Origin: a virus
Taxonomy: Duplodnaviria; Caudoviricetes
Strand: one strand, 5' to 3'
DNA: 62,148 nucleotides
IMG/VR virus record: IMGVR_UViG_3300037010_004533
Coordinates: 1 to 62,148 of that record
The translations under genes were made by a program, and so were the position numbers. Shown here piece by piece: positions 61,561 through 62,148 of this stretch. Each line of letters begins with the position of its first letter. Position 1 is the first letter of the stretch. Below the pieces are notes generated by a model. It was not told where the DNA came from. It worked only from the letters and a program-made list of their open reading frames with translations, and ran no database searches.

Positions 61561-61648
61561 TTCGTTCTCCTCAATATAAATATAGGGCATGGTGCCCTAT
61601 AAACAAGGGGAAAACGCAAAAAACTTGCGATAGTGCAATCTGTCACAC
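61558..61648 (-). promoter_or_regulatory. Repeated early promoter-operator unit
   Basis: TATAGGGCATGGTGCCCTATA (61581-601), TTGC-N6-GCAA (61625-38) and TCACAC. Confidence 0.82.
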
Positions 61649-61851
61649 GTTTACGGGGTGACAAGAAAAGCGCCGAGCAGATGCTCGGCGCCGTCAGGGA
61701 CACTACCAACAAACGTGTAACGAGCCGCCATTTCTCCCGGACACGCGGCGCCGTTCCCGTGACTTTGATTCTGTGACGGGTTGCAAGACTCGAAATCGCC
61801 CGAATCGGGCTCACTTTTGGGGTGTCACGCAATCCCTCGTTTGTGGAACGT

Positions 61852-62142
61852 CTAGCGCTTCGCCCACTCCAGAAGAGCGAGCTGTGCCGCTGCATTGGGC
61901 GTGAGTCCTGCGGCCTTGGCCTTCGAGGCGAAATCGCGCCAGATGGAGGGCTTCACCCGGAGCGCGTGAACTTCCGCCGCTTCCACGACCTCCCCCTTCC
62001 TTGGCCTTCCCTGGGGTGTAAGGATGGCTGGAACCTGCGGCCCAAGCTCTGTCTCCACAGTCCGGACCTCTCGGGCATAGCCCGCTTGAACCGCGTCATG
62101 GGTGTGGCCGTCCTGCTTGGCCTTCTTTAGGGCTTCGGCCAA
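61852..62142 (-). CDS. RHH/antitoxin-like DNA-binding protein (may extend beyond the window)
   Basis: GRPRKG followed by an RHH-like segment (ALRVKPSIW..F..KA...GLT.NAA). Confidence 0.55.
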   Translation of the reverse strand: MAEALKKAKQDGHTHDAVQAGYAREVRTVETELGPQVPAILTPQGRPRKGEVVEAAEVHALRVKPSIWRDFASKAKAAGLTPNAAAQLALLEWAKR

Positions 62143-62148
62143 TGATGT

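Larger units (their letters stand above)
1..62148. mobile_element. Temperate myovirus, probable phage-plasmid
   Basis: Complete head/tail/lysis/replication modules plus ParA system, TA pair and tyrosine recombinase; no host housekeeping region. Confidence 0.85.

Noticed and set aside
61650-61850. Non-coding stretch with several GTGAC/GTCAC words as a res/dif-like site or origin
   Set aside because: Could not define a consistent paired-arm site or regular spacing by eye; left uncalled.

Overview
A high-GC (roughly two-thirds G+C by eye), largely complete genome of a temperate contractile-tailed phage, almost entirely on the minus strand. It has a Mu-like head (DUF935 portal, gpF, gpG, gpI protease, capsid, gp36/gp37) and a P2-like tail (sheath, tube, E/E' frameshift, tape measure, U, X, D, V, W, J, I, fibre). 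No Mu transposase is visible. Instead it carries ParA with a small partner and a centromere-like array, a wHTH Rep-like gene, a tyrosine recombinase and a HigBA-type toxin-antitoxin pair, so it is probably a phage-plasmid. It also has lysis, Mor activator, DnaB/replication, recombination and XRE repressor modules, plus a ~13 kb array of small accessory genes. Two candidate novel systems stand out. (1) A radical SAM/SPASM enzyme, a (CxCxxx)9 Cys-rich putative substrate and an extra fibre gene are tightly inserted between baseplate gpW and gpJ. (2) A 70-nt non-canonical tRNA-Gly (all GlyRS identity elements, but a degenerate D loop and anticodon arm) sits immediately upstream of a putative DNA-modification gene, followed by ParB-like and terminase genes; it may be a dedicated glycyl donor for Mom-like DNA hypermodification. 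Four families of repeated cis-elements were read directly from the DNA: 5 late-promoter boxes, 9 GGGCA-N3-TGCCC promoter-operators, 10 TTGC-N6-GCAA operators and 4 CUGGCA-loop hairpins. All family assignments come from motif recognition by eye; no searches were run.
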